Assembly (NCBI GenBank): GCA_963783375.1
Contig: CAWANH010000028.1
Coordinates: 928,001 to 992,000 of the forward strand
Direction of reading: 5' to 3'
Source: Candidatus Eiseniibacteriota bacterium
GTDB lineage: Bacteria; Eisenbacteria; RBG-16-71-46; JABDJR01
DNA length: 64,000 nt
The notes beneath the pieces are model-generated. The model made no database searches. It worked only from the letters and a program-made list of their open reading frames with translations, and was not told the origin of the DNA. Positions 9,576-18,860 of this stretch are shown in pieces; the stretch's first letter is position 1, and the number at the start of each line of letters is the position of its first letter. Both the position numbers and the translations under genes were made by a program.

Positions 9576-10945
9576 CGGGGGGAAAGCCCCTGATTTCGAC
9601 CAACCGGGGTCGCCTCCTCCTGGCCCTGCTCGCCTGCCTCGCGATCAGAATCCTGTACGTCCATTTCCTGGGATGGCATTCGATTCCCCCCAACTCGGAC
9701 GCCCAAAGCTACAACGGGTACGCGTTGGCGATCCTGCAACAATCCGACTGGCTCACGCACCCCGGCTTCATGGGCGACTACCGCCCTCCCGTCTACCCCT
9801 TGTTCATCGCACTGGTCTACCGGCTCTTCGGAGAGGGGAACCTGTTCGCCGTCTTCTGCGCTCAATCCCTCATCGGTACTCTTACCGTGTACTACATCTT
9901 CAGGTTGTCGGCGGAGTTGTTCGGCGTGCGTCGCTCGGTGCTCGTTCTGATCTGGGCCGGGGTCTACTACTTTTACCTGTTCTACACGGGATTGCTCCTT
10001 CGGGAGACCCTGATCTTCTTCCTCATCGTCGTCCAGTTCTACCACCTGAAGCGGTTCTTCGACACCGGGCCCGGGCGGCGGGCCGTCTCCTCCCTCCACC
10101 TGTGGACGTTCCTGGTCGCGTTCGTTCTCCTGATACACACCGATGCCCGATATCTGTTCTACATTCCGTGTCTGGCGGCCTTGTTCGTCATATTCCGGGG
10201 TTTGAGAGCCGGGATCCGGGACTACGCGGTCATGGCCAGCCTTCTCCTGGTCCTGATGGTTCCCTGGTTGGTCAGGAACTACGTCGCCTACGGAGGAGTC
10301 GTCGTGGTGAACACCCGGACCCTCGACTTGAGGGGTTCACAAGCCAGCATGCGCCTGGAGCTGCTGAGTACGAAACCGCTGACCGAGGTGAAACAGGATC
10401 CTCACTGGCAGGCAAATCGAAACTACCCTACCGATCGAGAGAGAGCGGCGATCAAGAGCGGGGAGAATCCGAGCCACCGGAAGGCCTATGAGGTGCATAT
10501 GATCCGGAAGAACGAGTACCCCGCCTCGACCTTTCTGGGCAGGAAACTCTTCTACGCCCTCGAGATGTGGCGCCCCTTCCGGTTCGATTACAGCTACTCG
10601 CCGTTTCCCTCCGCTGCCATCGTCCCACCGTGGTCCATGAAGCACAATGTCGCCTCGATCCTCTTCTACGGCACGTTGCTGCCGTTCGCGGCCTTCGCCG
10701 TTGCCCTGCTGCTGCGCGAGGGACGGAGAGACGTTTGGTTCCTCCTCTTTCCAATCGTGGTGCAGTCGGTGATGCATTTGCTGACCTTCGGTCTCGAACG
10801 ATACCGGACCCACATCGATGCCTTCCTGCTGATCCTCGGCTGCTACGGCATCGTGGAGCTGGGGAGCCGACTCCGAAGCCGGAGGCGCTCCGCTGGCCTC
10901 CCCGGAGACGTTGCGGCCGACGGCGCCTCGGTGGGACGCTCCTGA
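9572..10945 (+). CDS. GT-C fold membrane glycosyltransferase (ArnT/PMT_2-like)
   Basis: TM1 followed by SDAQSY, RPPVYPLFIA, LLRETL, PWLVRNY and late ERYR; many TM helices. GTG start overlaps the upstream stop. Confidence 0.8.
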   Translation: MTGGKPLISTNRGRLLLALLACLAIRILYVHFLGWHSIPPNSDAQSYNGYALAILQQSDWLTHPGFMGDYRPPVYPLFIALVYRLFGEGNLFAVFCAQSLIGTLTVYYIFRLSAELFGVRRSVLVLIWAGVYYFYLFYTGLLLRETLIFFLIVVQFYHLKRFFDTGPGRRAVSSLHLWTFLVAFVLLIHTDARYLFYIPCLAALFVIFRGLRAGIRDYAVMASLLLVLMVPWLVRNYVAYGGVVVVNTRTLDLRGSQASMRLELLSTKPLTEVKQDPHWQANRNYPTDRERAAIKSGENPSHRKAYEVHMIRKNEYPASTFLGRKLFYALEMWRPFRFDYSYSPFPSAAIVPPWSMKHNVASILFYGTLLPFAAFAVALLLREGRRDVWFLLFPIVVQSVMHLLTFGLERYRTHIDAFLLILGCYGIVELGSRLRSRRRSAGLPGDVAADGASVGRS

Positions 10946-10946
10946 C

Positions 10947-12881
10947 ATGTGCGGCATTGCGGGTGCATACCACTACGGGCGGCGAAAGCCGGTGGACTTC
11001 GCCGTGGTCAAGGGGATGTGCGAGAGCCTCATCCACCGCGGACCGGACGCGGAAGGCTATTTCCCGGCGGAGGGCGAGAACGACGGACGGGGCGCGGCCG
11101 GCGGGCGGGTCGCCCTGGGCATGCGCAGGCTGAGCATCATCGATCTGGAGACGGGGTTCCAGCCCATATTCAGCGAGGACAAGAGGTATGTGGTCTTCCA
11201 GAACGGGGAGATCTACAACTATCTCGAGTTGCGCGAGGTCCTGGAGAAGAAGGGGCATCGGTTCCATACGGAAAGCGATACGGAAGCGATCGTGCACCTG
11301 TTCGAGGAGCATGGAGAGGACGCCTTCACGTACCTGAACGGGATGTTCGCCATAGCGATATGGGATACGTCGAAAGAAATTCTATATTTGGCGAGGGATC
11401 GGTACGGTATCAAGCCCTTGTATTACACGGATCACGAAGGGGCGTTCATGTTCGCTTCGGAAATTCCCGCCCTACTCGAGGCGGGCGGGGTTTCCCGGGA
11501 GATCGACTGGACCGCCGTCGACGACTATTTCGCCCTGTACTACATAAACGCCCCCAAGACGATCTTCAAGCATATCCGCTGCCTGGAACCGGGCCACTAC
11601 ATGGTGATCGCCAAGGGGGGCGTCCGGAAATACGAATACTGGGACTTCGACTACACCGACAAGCTGAATCTGACGGAAGAGGAGTACGCGGAAGGCGTCA
11701 GAGAGCACCTCAAGGAGGCGGTGCGCAGGCAGCTTCGAAGCGATGTGCCGCTGGGGGTGTTCCTTTCGAGTGGGTTGGACTCGACCAGCGTGATGGCCTA
11801 CATGAGCCTTCTCAAAGACTCTTCGAAGGCGGGAAACGGTCCGCTCAAGAGCTACACGATCGGCTTCAAGGAGCGGACGTACGACGAACGCGGGCCTGTT
11901 CAATCGATCGTGAAGGCCTACGGATCGGATCACAGGGCGACGGAGATGGGTCCCGACTGCGTCCCTCAGTACCTGGAACAGATGATCACGAGGTTCGGAC
12001 AGCCGGTGGGGGCGTGGAATGCCGTCCCCCTGCTTCTGGTTTCCAGGCTGGCGAAGGAAGACGTCACCGTGGTGCTTACGGGGACCGGGGGCGACGAACT
12101 GTTCGGCGGGTACCCGACGCTCAGTGCCTACTCGATCAACAAGCTGTACTCGCGGTTTCCGGGGCCGGTGCGGAAAGCGGTCAAGTCCTTGTTGAACAAG
12201 ATTCCCCCCCAGTTCGAGAGGACAAGCTGGGAGTTCATGTTGAAGAGCCTCGTCAACGGCGCCGACCCGGATCCGTTCCGGGCTCATTTCAACTGGAAGC
12301 TCATATTCAATGCCGACGAGAAGGAGCGCTTGTACGGCTCGAAGTTGACGAACCTGGTAGGTGAGTACGAGGACTTCGACATATTCCGAAGGTACCTGGA
12401 CAAACTCGCGCGTTTCGAGGATCTGGAGCAGCTTCTCTATATGGACCAGAGGGTCTTCAACGCCGGCAACACGCTGCCGTTGACGGATTTGACCTCGATG
12501 ATGGTGTCTCTGGAGGCTCGGATTCCCTTCTTCGACAACGACCTCGTGGAGTTCGCGAGTCGGATCCCCATGAATCTGAAGGTGCGGGGGCTGCAGACGA
12601 AGTACATCCTGAGAAAGGCGATCATGCCCGTACTGCCCAAGGAGATCGTGGGCTTGAAGAAGATGGGGTTCGTCATTCCTGAAAACCGCTGGCTGGCCGA
12701 GGAACTGAAGGACTACGTGACGGGCTGGCTTCAACACGGGGTGATCCGAGACGGCGGGTTGTTCAACCCTGAGTACGTCGACCGGGTATTGGACGAGCAC
12801 GTTGGCTACAGGAGGGACCACGGCCGGAAGCTCCAGGCGCTGGTGTCCTTTTGCATCTGGTGGGAGCAATACGTTCGGTGA
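10947..12881 (+). CDS. asnB: Asparagine synthase (glutamine-hydrolysing) family amidotransferase, probably sugar-amidating
   Basis: MCGIAG Ntn start, HRGPD, RRLSIID, NGEIYNY, SDTE, ARDRYGIKPL, FLSSGLDS, GTGGDELFGGY, LEARIPF; glycan-cluster context. Confidence 0.92.
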   Translation: MCGIAGAYHYGRRKPVDFAVVKGMCESLIHRGPDAEGYFPAEGENDGRGAAGGRVALGMRRLSIIDLETGFQPIFSEDKRYVVFQNGEIYNYLELREVLEKKGHRFHTESDTEAIVHLFEEHGEDAFTYLNGMFAIAIWDTSKEILYLARDRYGIKPLYYTDHEGAFMFASEIPALLEAGGVSREIDWTAVDDYFALYYINAPKTIFKHIRCLEPGHYMVIAKGGVRKYEYWDFDYTDKLNLTEEEYAEGVREHLKEAVRRQLRSDVPLGVFLSSGLDSTSVMAYMSLLKDSSKAGNGPLKSYTIGFKERTYDERGPVQSIVKAYGSDHRATEMGPDCVPQYLEQMITRFGQPVGAWNAVPLLLVSRLAKEDVTVVLTGTGGDELFGGYPTLSAYSINKLYSRFPGPVRKAVKSLLNKIPPQFERTSWEFMLKSLVNGADPDPFRAHFNWKLIFNADEKERLYGSKLTNLVGEYEDFDIFRRYLDKLARFEDLEQLLYMDQRVFNAGNTLPLTDLTSMMVSLEARIPFFDNDLVEFASRIPMNLKVRGLQTKYILRKAIMPVLPKEIVGLKKMGFVIPENRWLAEELKDYVTGWLQHGVIRDGGLFNPEYVDRVLDEHVGYRRDHGRKLQALVSFCIWWEQYVR

Positions 12882-12882
12882 T

Positions 12883-13300
12883 CCCCGGGGGACCCGGACC
12901 TTCGACGGCGGGGTGGGGTCCTGCGTGGGGACCGCGGCCGGGCTGGAAGGGGACTACCCGCTCTGGTGCGGCGTCCACCCCCACGAGGCCGACTTCCCGT
13001 GGTATGCGGAGACCTACGGTTACGGCAACAACCGGTTCGTCTGCCGGGAGCGCGGGTTCACCACCGATGGGAGCGGCGCGGTGAGCCTGGGGTTCGACTA
13101 CCGGGTGGACCTCCCGAGCGCCGCCGGCTCCTAGACGATCAGGTTCCGGGTGAGCTCCTACGGCGCCCATTCCGACCAGGACGGGTTCAACCCCGCCGCC
13201 CGCAGCGCCCTGGCCCTGGACGAGGTTTCGGTCCAGGGCGGGGGTTCCCACTTCGCCGACTTCGAAGGCGGGGTCGACGGGTGGTTTCTGAGCCCGACCC
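12883..13300 (+). pseudogene. Degraded fragment of a secreted beta-sandwich protein with an in-frame TAG
   Basis: ORFs 12802-13134 and 13150-13446 share a frame and join across TAG 13132-13134: LEGDYPLWCG..YGYGNN..GSGAVSLGFDYRVD..*TIRFRVSSYGAHSDQDG..ALDEVSVQGG..DFEGGVDGWF. No proper start or signal peptide. Confidence 0.55.
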
Positions 13301-13442
13301 GGGGGGCCCGATTTCCGAGCCCCCGGCTTCCCGATTGGTACCCGCCGGGGATTCGTGGCACAATACCCGGCTGGCGCCGGGGGGGCGAGGAACCCCGGCG
13401 CTCGCCGTCTGAAACGAAATCCTCCCGGGTCCGCGGGCCACG

Positions 13443-14249
13443 ATGATCGACACCCACTGCCATTTCTCCCATCCGGATTTCGACCCCGACCGCGAGGCGG
13501 TGATCGAGCGCTGCCTGGCCGGCGGCGTGGCCGCGGTCCTGGAGGTGGGGTACTCCGCGGAGTCGAGCCGGAAGGCGGTGGACCTGGCGCGCCTCCACCC
13601 CCTCCGGTTCCGGGCCTCGGTGGGGATCCACCCCCACGAGGCGGGCCGCTTCACCGAGGACGAGTTCCGGGCCGTGGAGGCCATGACCGCCGAGCCCGAG
13701 GTCATCGCGATCGGTGAGACCGGGCTCGACTTCTATCGCGACTGGGCGCCCAAGGACAAACAGCTCGAGCTCTTCGCCCGCACCGTGCGCCTGGCCCGCG
13801 ATCGCGACCTTCCCCTGGTCGTTCACGATCGCGAGGCCCACGACGAGACGCTCCGGATCCTGGAAGCCGAAGGCGAGCGGAAGGTGCGGGGGATCTTCCA
13901 CTGTTTCTCCGGCGACCGCGACGTGGCCGACCGGGCCGTGGACTTGGGGTTCTACCTGGGGCTGGGGGGGAGCATCACCTACATGAACCCGCGAAAGAAG
14001 AAGGGCCGGATGATCGGAGAGCTTCCCCTGGACCGCATCCTGCTGGAGACCGACGCCCCCTGGCTCGCGCCGGTTCCGGAGAAGGGGACGCGGAACGATC
14101 CGGCCAAGATGCGCTACGTGGTGGCCCGCCTGGCCGAATCCCAGGGGGTGTCCGAGGCGGAGATCGTCCGCCGCACCAGCCGGAACGTGGCCACGCTCTT
14201 CCCTCATGCCGCCCCCTGGCCCCCGGCCGACGATGCCCCCCAGGCGTAA
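13443..14249 (+). CDS. tatD: TatD family metal-dependent hydrolase/DNase
   Basis: MIDTHCH, GIHPHEA, AIGETGLDFY, VHDREAH, GIFHCFSG, LLETDAPWLAP. Confidence 0.95.
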   Translation: MIDTHCHFSHPDFDPDREAVIERCLAGGVAAVLEVGYSAESSRKAVDLARLHPLRFRASVGIHPHEAGRFTEDEFRAVEAMTAEPEVIAIGETGLDFYRDWAPKDKQLELFARTVRLARDRDLPLVVHDREAHDETLRILEAEGERKVRGIFHCFSGDRDVADRAVDLGFYLGLGGSITYMNPRKKKGRMIGELPLDRILLETDAPWLAPVPEKGTRNDPAKMRYVVARLAESQGVSEAEIVRRTSRNVATLFPHAAPWPPADDAPQA

Positions 14250-15213
14250 CCGCCCCGACGTCGCCTCGGGGGGAGGCGGCCGGAGGCGCGACCGCGGCCG
14301 GTCCGGGCCGGGAGGAGCCCACGAAGACCGCCCCCGCCGTCCCCGCGCCAAGAAGCGCTTCAGCCAGAACTTCCTGGTGGACACGAACATGGCGCGGAAG
14401 ATCGTGGACCTCTGCCAGATCCGCCCCGGGGACACGGTGATCGAGATCGGGGCGGGGACCGGGGCGTTGACCGGGCTCCTCCTCGATCGGGCGGCCCGGG
14501 TCCACGCGGTGGAGGTGGACCGGGAACTTTTCGCCGGGCTTCGGGTGCAATTCGAGTCGGAGCCGCGGCTTACGCTTCACGAAGGCGACATCCTGAAGCT
14601 TCGGGTGCGCGACCTCGTCCCCGAAGGGAACGCGGTGGTGGTGGGAAACCTCCCCTACAACATCACCGCCGATCTCGTGCTCTGGCTTCTCGATCAGTAC
14701 ACGGATATCCGCCGGGCGGTGGTCCTCATGCAGCGGGAGGTGGCCCGGCGGCTCACCGCGGAACCCGGGGAGCGCGAGGCGGGAAGCATGACCCTGGTCG
14801 TGAACTACCGGGCCGAGGCCGAACGGGTTCTGGACGTACCCCCGAGTTGCTTCCGTCCCATCCCCAAGGTGACCTCGAGCCTGGTGGCGTTCCGGTTCCG
14901 CGATCGGCCCGCGGTCCGGCCCCTCGACGAACCGCGGTTCTTCCGGGTGATCCGGGCGGCGTTCGGGGAGCGGCGGAAGACCCTGGTGAACGCGCTCGCC
15001 GCCGGCCTGGGCGAGCCGCGGGAGCGGATCGAGCAGGTGGTGGCCGCGGCCGGGCTCGACCCCCGGGTGCGGGGGGAGCGCCTCACCCTGGAGGATTTCC
15101 GGCGCCTGGCCGATCACCTGGGGGAGCCGGACCCGAACGGGGACGACACCGCGGCAAAGCCCCGGGAAACGGGGTCGGAGACGGATCCATCGGCGGAGGA
15201 AGGCCAAGGGTGA
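14233..15213 (+). CDS. rsmA: 16S rRNA m6(2)A1518/1519 dimethyltransferase
   Basis: KKRFSQNFL, IEIGAGTGALT, VEVDREL, VGNLPYNIT, MQREVARRL, FRPIPKVTS, AFGERRKTL, RGERL. Confidence 0.95.
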   Translation: MPPRRNRPDVASGGGGRRRDRGRSGPGGAHEDRPRRPRAKKRFSQNFLVDTNMARKIVDLCQIRPGDTVIEIGAGTGALTGLLLDRAARVHAVEVDRELFAGLRVQFESEPRLTLHEGDILKLRVRDLVPEGNAVVVGNLPYNITADLVLWLLDQYTDIRRAVVLMQREVARRLTAEPGEREAGSMTLVVNYRAEAERVLDVPPSCFRPIPKVTSSLVAFRFRDRPAVRPLDEPRFFRVIRAAFGERRKTLVNALAAGLGEPRERIEQVVAAAGLDPRVRGERLTLEDFRRLADHLGEPDPNGDDTAAKPRETGSETDPSAEEGQG

Positions 15214-17225
15214 CACGGTTGGCGAGGAGCAGGCCGGGGACGTTCCGCGCGCGCGGCCCTCGGGGCGATGCCCGCTCGTCCCGGCGCTCGACGCTCGTTT
15301 GGGATCAGGGCCGTCCCCCGGGTCGCGCGCTCCCGGTCCTTGTCCCGTTCGCGCTTCTGGCCTGCCTGCTCACCGCGCCCCGGCCCGCGGCCTCCCAACC
15401 CCGCGGACAGGCCCAGGCCGACTCCAGCCGAGTGACCCAGATCATGCAGACCCTGAGCCCCAGCTACTCCACCGGCTACCAGGTCGCCCGCCAGCGGACG
15501 ATCTGGAGCCAGGACTTCAACTTCGGGACCGGCTTCGGGTTCATGAACTTCAACAACAAGACGAGCTTCTCGATCCGCCACGACAGCGACCGGAACGAGG
15601 AGACCCGGGACGGGAGCAACTCCACCGATCTCCGGTGGTACTTCATCCCGGGGCTTCCCATCACCAGCAGCATGAAGCTCGGACGGCTCTCCATCACCCG
15701 GCCCGAGAGCCAGACCGAGACCAACAACTCGGGATTGAACCTCTCGGCCCGGTACCAGAAGAATCTCCTCGGAATCGATCACGTCCTGGACGGCGGGGTA
15801 GGATACAACCGGCGGACGGATCTGAACGTCATCGCCGACGGCCGCTCCCGCACCCAGGATGCGGGCGTCAACGGGAGCATGAACTGGAAGGGCTCGTGGT
15901 CCCCGTCCGACCCGCTGACGCTGAACGCGCACTACCAGGAGTCCCGAACCCAGAAACGGCTGCAGCTCGAATCCACCGACGGCTCGGTGGACAAGCGGCC
16001 CAGTTCCAGCCGGAGTCGCACCACCGGCGCCGACCTGGGCTACGAGCCCGTCTCCTGGCTCAGCGCCACCGTTTCCGCCAACGACGTCACCAAGCGCGAC
16101 GAGTTCTTCCGGGCCCAGGAGGAGGCGCTGGAGAAGCAGGTGAGCGGGAGCACCAATCTCTCCGGGCAGTTCAGCATGAAGCGGCCGGGCAAGGCCCTCT
16201 TGGAACTGGGTCCCCTCCAGGTCTCCGAGATGAGCGCGGACCTCTCCTACAACGCCCACGACCTGACCTTTCAGGTACGCCCCGACGTTGCCTCCTCGGG
16301 GAATACCGCTTCCTGGAAGGGGCGCACGAAGGGAAGCATGCTCGGAACGTCGATCGAGGGGAGCCTGGCCAACGAAAACTCCCGTCTGGAGCCCGCGACC
16401 AGCGATACGACCGTGACCTATACCCACACCTTCGAAGGGAAGCTGAGTCGAAGCCTCTCCTCGAAGATCAGCGTGCGGTTCGACTGGCTGGTCCGGTCCA
16501 CCCAGGTCTTCTTCGAGACCTTCGACCCCAAGGATCGCCTGGACCGGGACGAGCTCAAGACCAAGTTCCAGCCCGCCCTCACCTACACCCCGAACAAGAG
16601 GTGGTCGGTGACCGCCTCCTATATCCGGACCGGCTCCCGGCAGATCCAGCTCAACCCCGCCCGGGCCAGCCAGACCCGGGACGACGTGGACTACAGCGTG
16701 GACATGGCGATCCGCTGCCAGGTGAGCACCCGGACCTCTTTCACCCAGAACTACTCGATCAAGGCCCGCTACACCACCCTGGACTTCAACCCCTCCGGGA
16801 ACCAGCTCATCGCCACCCAGCGCATCATCACCAGCGTGCGCTCGCAGATCACCCCCCGGGTGAAGCTCTCCATGGACCACCGCTTCACCCTTCAGGATTC
16901 GGGCCCGTTCAGTTTCGGCCCGGGGGGAGAGCGGCTCTTCGGGCGCTCGGTCCGGAAGTACACCCAGGAGATGAAGCCCCACGTCGAGTATCAGATCACT
17001 CCCTGGGGATCGATCTACGTCAACTCGACTTTCCGCCGGATCGACAACGACAACGAGCTGAGCCGGAGCCGGGCCACCGCCCGGACCCTGGAGCTGGAGG
17101 AGGGGTTCAAGGTGACGCGGGAGGTGGGGGCCGGGGTAGACTTGCAGGCCACCGGGAGTTTCAACCGGAGCAACGTCCGGGACTCCTACTGGAACATCAC
17201 CTCGAAGCTGAGCAAGGACTTCTAG
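15210..17225 (+). CDS. Uncharacterised outer-membrane beta-barrel protein (about 670 aa)
   Basis: Signal-like LVPFALLACLLTAPRPAAS, many amphipathic S/T/Y/F-rich beta strands, terminal YWNITSKLSKDF (C-terminal Phe BAM signal). Start uncertain; GTG overlaps the rsmA stop. Confidence 0.75.
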   Translation: MTRLARSRPGTFRARGPRGDARSSRRSTLVWDQGRPPGRALPVLVPFALLACLLTAPRPAASQPRGQAQADSSRVTQIMQTLSPSYSTGYQVARQRTIWSQDFNFGTGFGFMNFNNKTSFSIRHDSDRNEETRDGSNSTDLRWYFIPGLPITSSMKLGRLSITRPESQTETNNSGLNLSARYQKNLLGIDHVLDGGVGYNRRTDLNVIADGRSRTQDAGVNGSMNWKGSWSPSDPLTLNAHYQESRTQKRLQLESTDGSVDKRPSSSRSRTTGADLGYEPVSWLSATVSANDVTKRDEFFRAQEEALEKQVSGSTNLSGQFSMKRPGKALLELGPLQVSEMSADLSYNAHDLTFQVRPDVASSGNTASWKGRTKGSMLGTSIEGSLANENSRLEPATSDTTVTYTHTFEGKLSRSLSSKISVRFDWLVRSTQVFFETFDPKDRLDRDELKTKFQPALTYTPNKRWSVTASYIRTGSRQIQLNPARASQTRDDVDYSVDMAIRCQVSTRTSFTQNYSIKARYTTLDFNPSGNQLIATQRIITSVRSQITPRVKLSMDHRFTLQDSGPFSFGPGGERLFGRSVRKYTQEMKPHVEYQITPWGSIYVNSTFRRIDNDNELSRSRATARTLELEEGFKVTREVGAGVDLQATGSFNRSNVRDSYWNITSKLSKDF

Positions 17226-17227
17226 TT

Positions 17228-17869
17228 ATGGAGACAAAGCGGGGACGGGGAACCCGGGGGGCGGCCCGGGGTTCAATCTGGGGAGCCGGGGTTCTGCTCC
17301 TGGCCGGGCTCGTCGGGTGCGGGTTCTTCTCGATCCGGGACCCGATCCGGCCCCCGGGAACGGGAGTGGGCTGTCCCCAACACGCGGCCAGCTCGCCGGA
17401 TAGCGTGCTCTTCAACTTCGGGGCCGCCATGGGGTGCAAGGGGGACGGGACCAGCTTCTACGAGCAGGCGCTGGGGCCGGACTTCGTTCTGGTCCTGGAT
17501 CAGCTGGACGTCATATCGCTCCAGCTCCCGGATTCCCTGAATCGGAACCAGGATCTCCAGGCCCACGAGATCATCGTGTCCGCGGAGCCGGACTCGTTCC
17601 ATTTCGCCTTCGCGGCGGTGACCGCTCAGCGGGGCACCGACGGCCAGGGGAACTCGTACGCGTTTTTCGAGAACATGCCCTACAGTCTGCAATTCATTGG
17701 AACATCCGGGGATACGACAGTCGTGAACCAGACCTACTCCGGAAGAGTGGACCTCACCGTGACGGAGGAAACCGCGGCCAACTGGGTATTCAGCCGATGG
17801 AAGGACTATCGGGACGACTCCGGCAACCCCACCCTGGGGTCCCTGCACGCCGGCAGAGCCCCCCTGTAG
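17228..17869 (+). CDS. Uncharacterised lipoprotein, distant homolog of the downstream tandem paralogs
   Basis: Lipobox LLLAGLVG-C. SPDSVLFNFGAA...YEQALGPDF...WVFSRWKD parallels TPENVAFNLQNA...YGKLMAPEF...WYLFEWHD. Confidence 0.75.
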   Translation: METKRGRGTRGAARGSIWGAGVLLLAGLVGCGFFSIRDPIRPPGTGVGCPQHAASSPDSVLFNFGAAMGCKGDGTSFYEQALGPDFVLVLDQLDVISLQLPDSLNRNQDLQAHEIIVSAEPDSFHFAFAAVTAQRGTDGQGNSYAFFENMPYSLQFIGTSGDTTVVNQTYSGRVDLTVTEETAANWVFSRWKDYRDDSGNPTLGSLHAGRAPL

Positions 17870-17903
17870 AAGTGCTAAACTGATTTGGCTGGGGTGGCCC
17901 GTC

Positions 17904-17930
17904 TGAGGTTTCGGGATTTCCGGCCGATAA
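17904..17930 (+). promoter_or_regulatory. Putative sigma28 (FliA/SigD/WhiG-type) promoter
   Basis: TGAGGTTT-N11-GCCGATAA versus consensus TAAAGTTT-N11-GCCGATAA; intergenic, 37 nt before the ATG at 17968. Confidence 0.65.
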
Positions 17931-17967
17931 TCAACGAGGCTGGAAGTCCCCTCTGGAGGTTCGATCT

Positions 17968-18654
17968 ATGAAGCGCGCATTGAGGTTCTTGGTCATCGCC
18001 GCGGTGGCCGGGATATTCATCAAGGGATGCATCTTTTCCCCGACGACGAAGCCCCCGGTGGAGATCAAGGCCTACAAGGCCGCCACCACCCCCGAGAACG
18101 TGGCGTTCAACCTTCAGAACGCCTACGCGAGGAAGGACATCGAGGCCTACGGGAAGCTCATGGCCCCGGAGTTTCGTTTCTACTTCCAGGAGGCGGACGT
18201 GCCCGCGGAGCTGGGCCGGGACTACTGGGTCCACGACGAGGACTCCACCCATACCGACATTCTCTTCCGCACCCCCGAGGTGAACAGCATCAGCATCACC
18301 CTGACCTACGGGGCGGCCACCGTGCCGACCGAGCTGGACAAACCCGCCGGGTCCATGAAGATCCACGTGACCGCCCACCTCGATGTGGACGACGTGAACG
18401 GCACCACCTACGTGGTGGACGGCGACTTCGAGGACATGTATTTCCGGAAGGGGCTGATGGAGAACGCGGACGAGGACACCACCCTCTGGTACCTCTTCGA
18501 ATGGCACGACATCAAGAATCCCGGCGGGACCGGCGCCGCCCCCACCGGCGGGCTGAGTCCGGCCGGCGCGGTCTCGGACGTGTCCGGCGGAGTGCAGACG
18601 GTGTCCTGGGGCGAGCTCTTGAAGGAAACCGGAGTAGAGCCCCCGACACCTTGA
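17968..18654 (+). CDS. Lipoprotein, tandem paralog 1 (possible NTF2-like fold)
   Basis: GGAGG RBS; signal ending IFIKG-C; shared core APEFRFYFQ..DVP.ELGRDYW..DED...WYLFEWHDI; tail VSWGELLK. Confidence 0.85.
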   Translation: MKRALRFLVIAAVAGIFIKGCIFSPTTKPPVEIKAYKAATTPENVAFNLQNAYARKDIEAYGKLMAPEFRFYFQEADVPAELGRDYWVHDEDSTHTDILFRTPEVNSISITLTYGAATVPTELDKPAGSMKIHVTAHLDVDDVNGTTYVVDGDFEDMYFRKGLMENADEDTTLWYLFEWHDIKNPGGTGAAPTGGLSPAGAVSDVSGGVQTVSWGELLKETGVEPPTP

Positions 18655-18860
18655 TACATGGCGGCCACGTACCCCCGGTCGCCTGACGGCCGTTTCCCCC
18701 GGCCCTGACAGAGTCCGTCCCGGCGGCGCAATGCGTCGCGCGGGTCCGGTGTGGCCGTGTCATTCCCGCGGCTGCCCGGGACGTTTCCGCTCGCCCATCC
18801 GAGGCTCCGGCGCCCCCACCGCCGCCCCGGGCGAGGCCGGGCGTCGATGGAGGAGTCGCC

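Larger units (their letters stand above)
5468..13330. other. Lower-GC glycan biosynthesis/modification islet inserted between metG and tatD
   Basis: Interrupts the common holB-metG-tatD-rsmA order and is visibly more AT-rich (bases 11341-11400 are 27/60 GC versus 52/60 for 2341-2400). No integrase seen; boundaries approximate. Confidence 0.7.

Noticed and set aside
13132-13134. In-frame TAG as pyrrolysine or recoded stop
   Set aside because: Many intact genes here end in TAG, the fragment lacks a start, and no pyl genes are visible.
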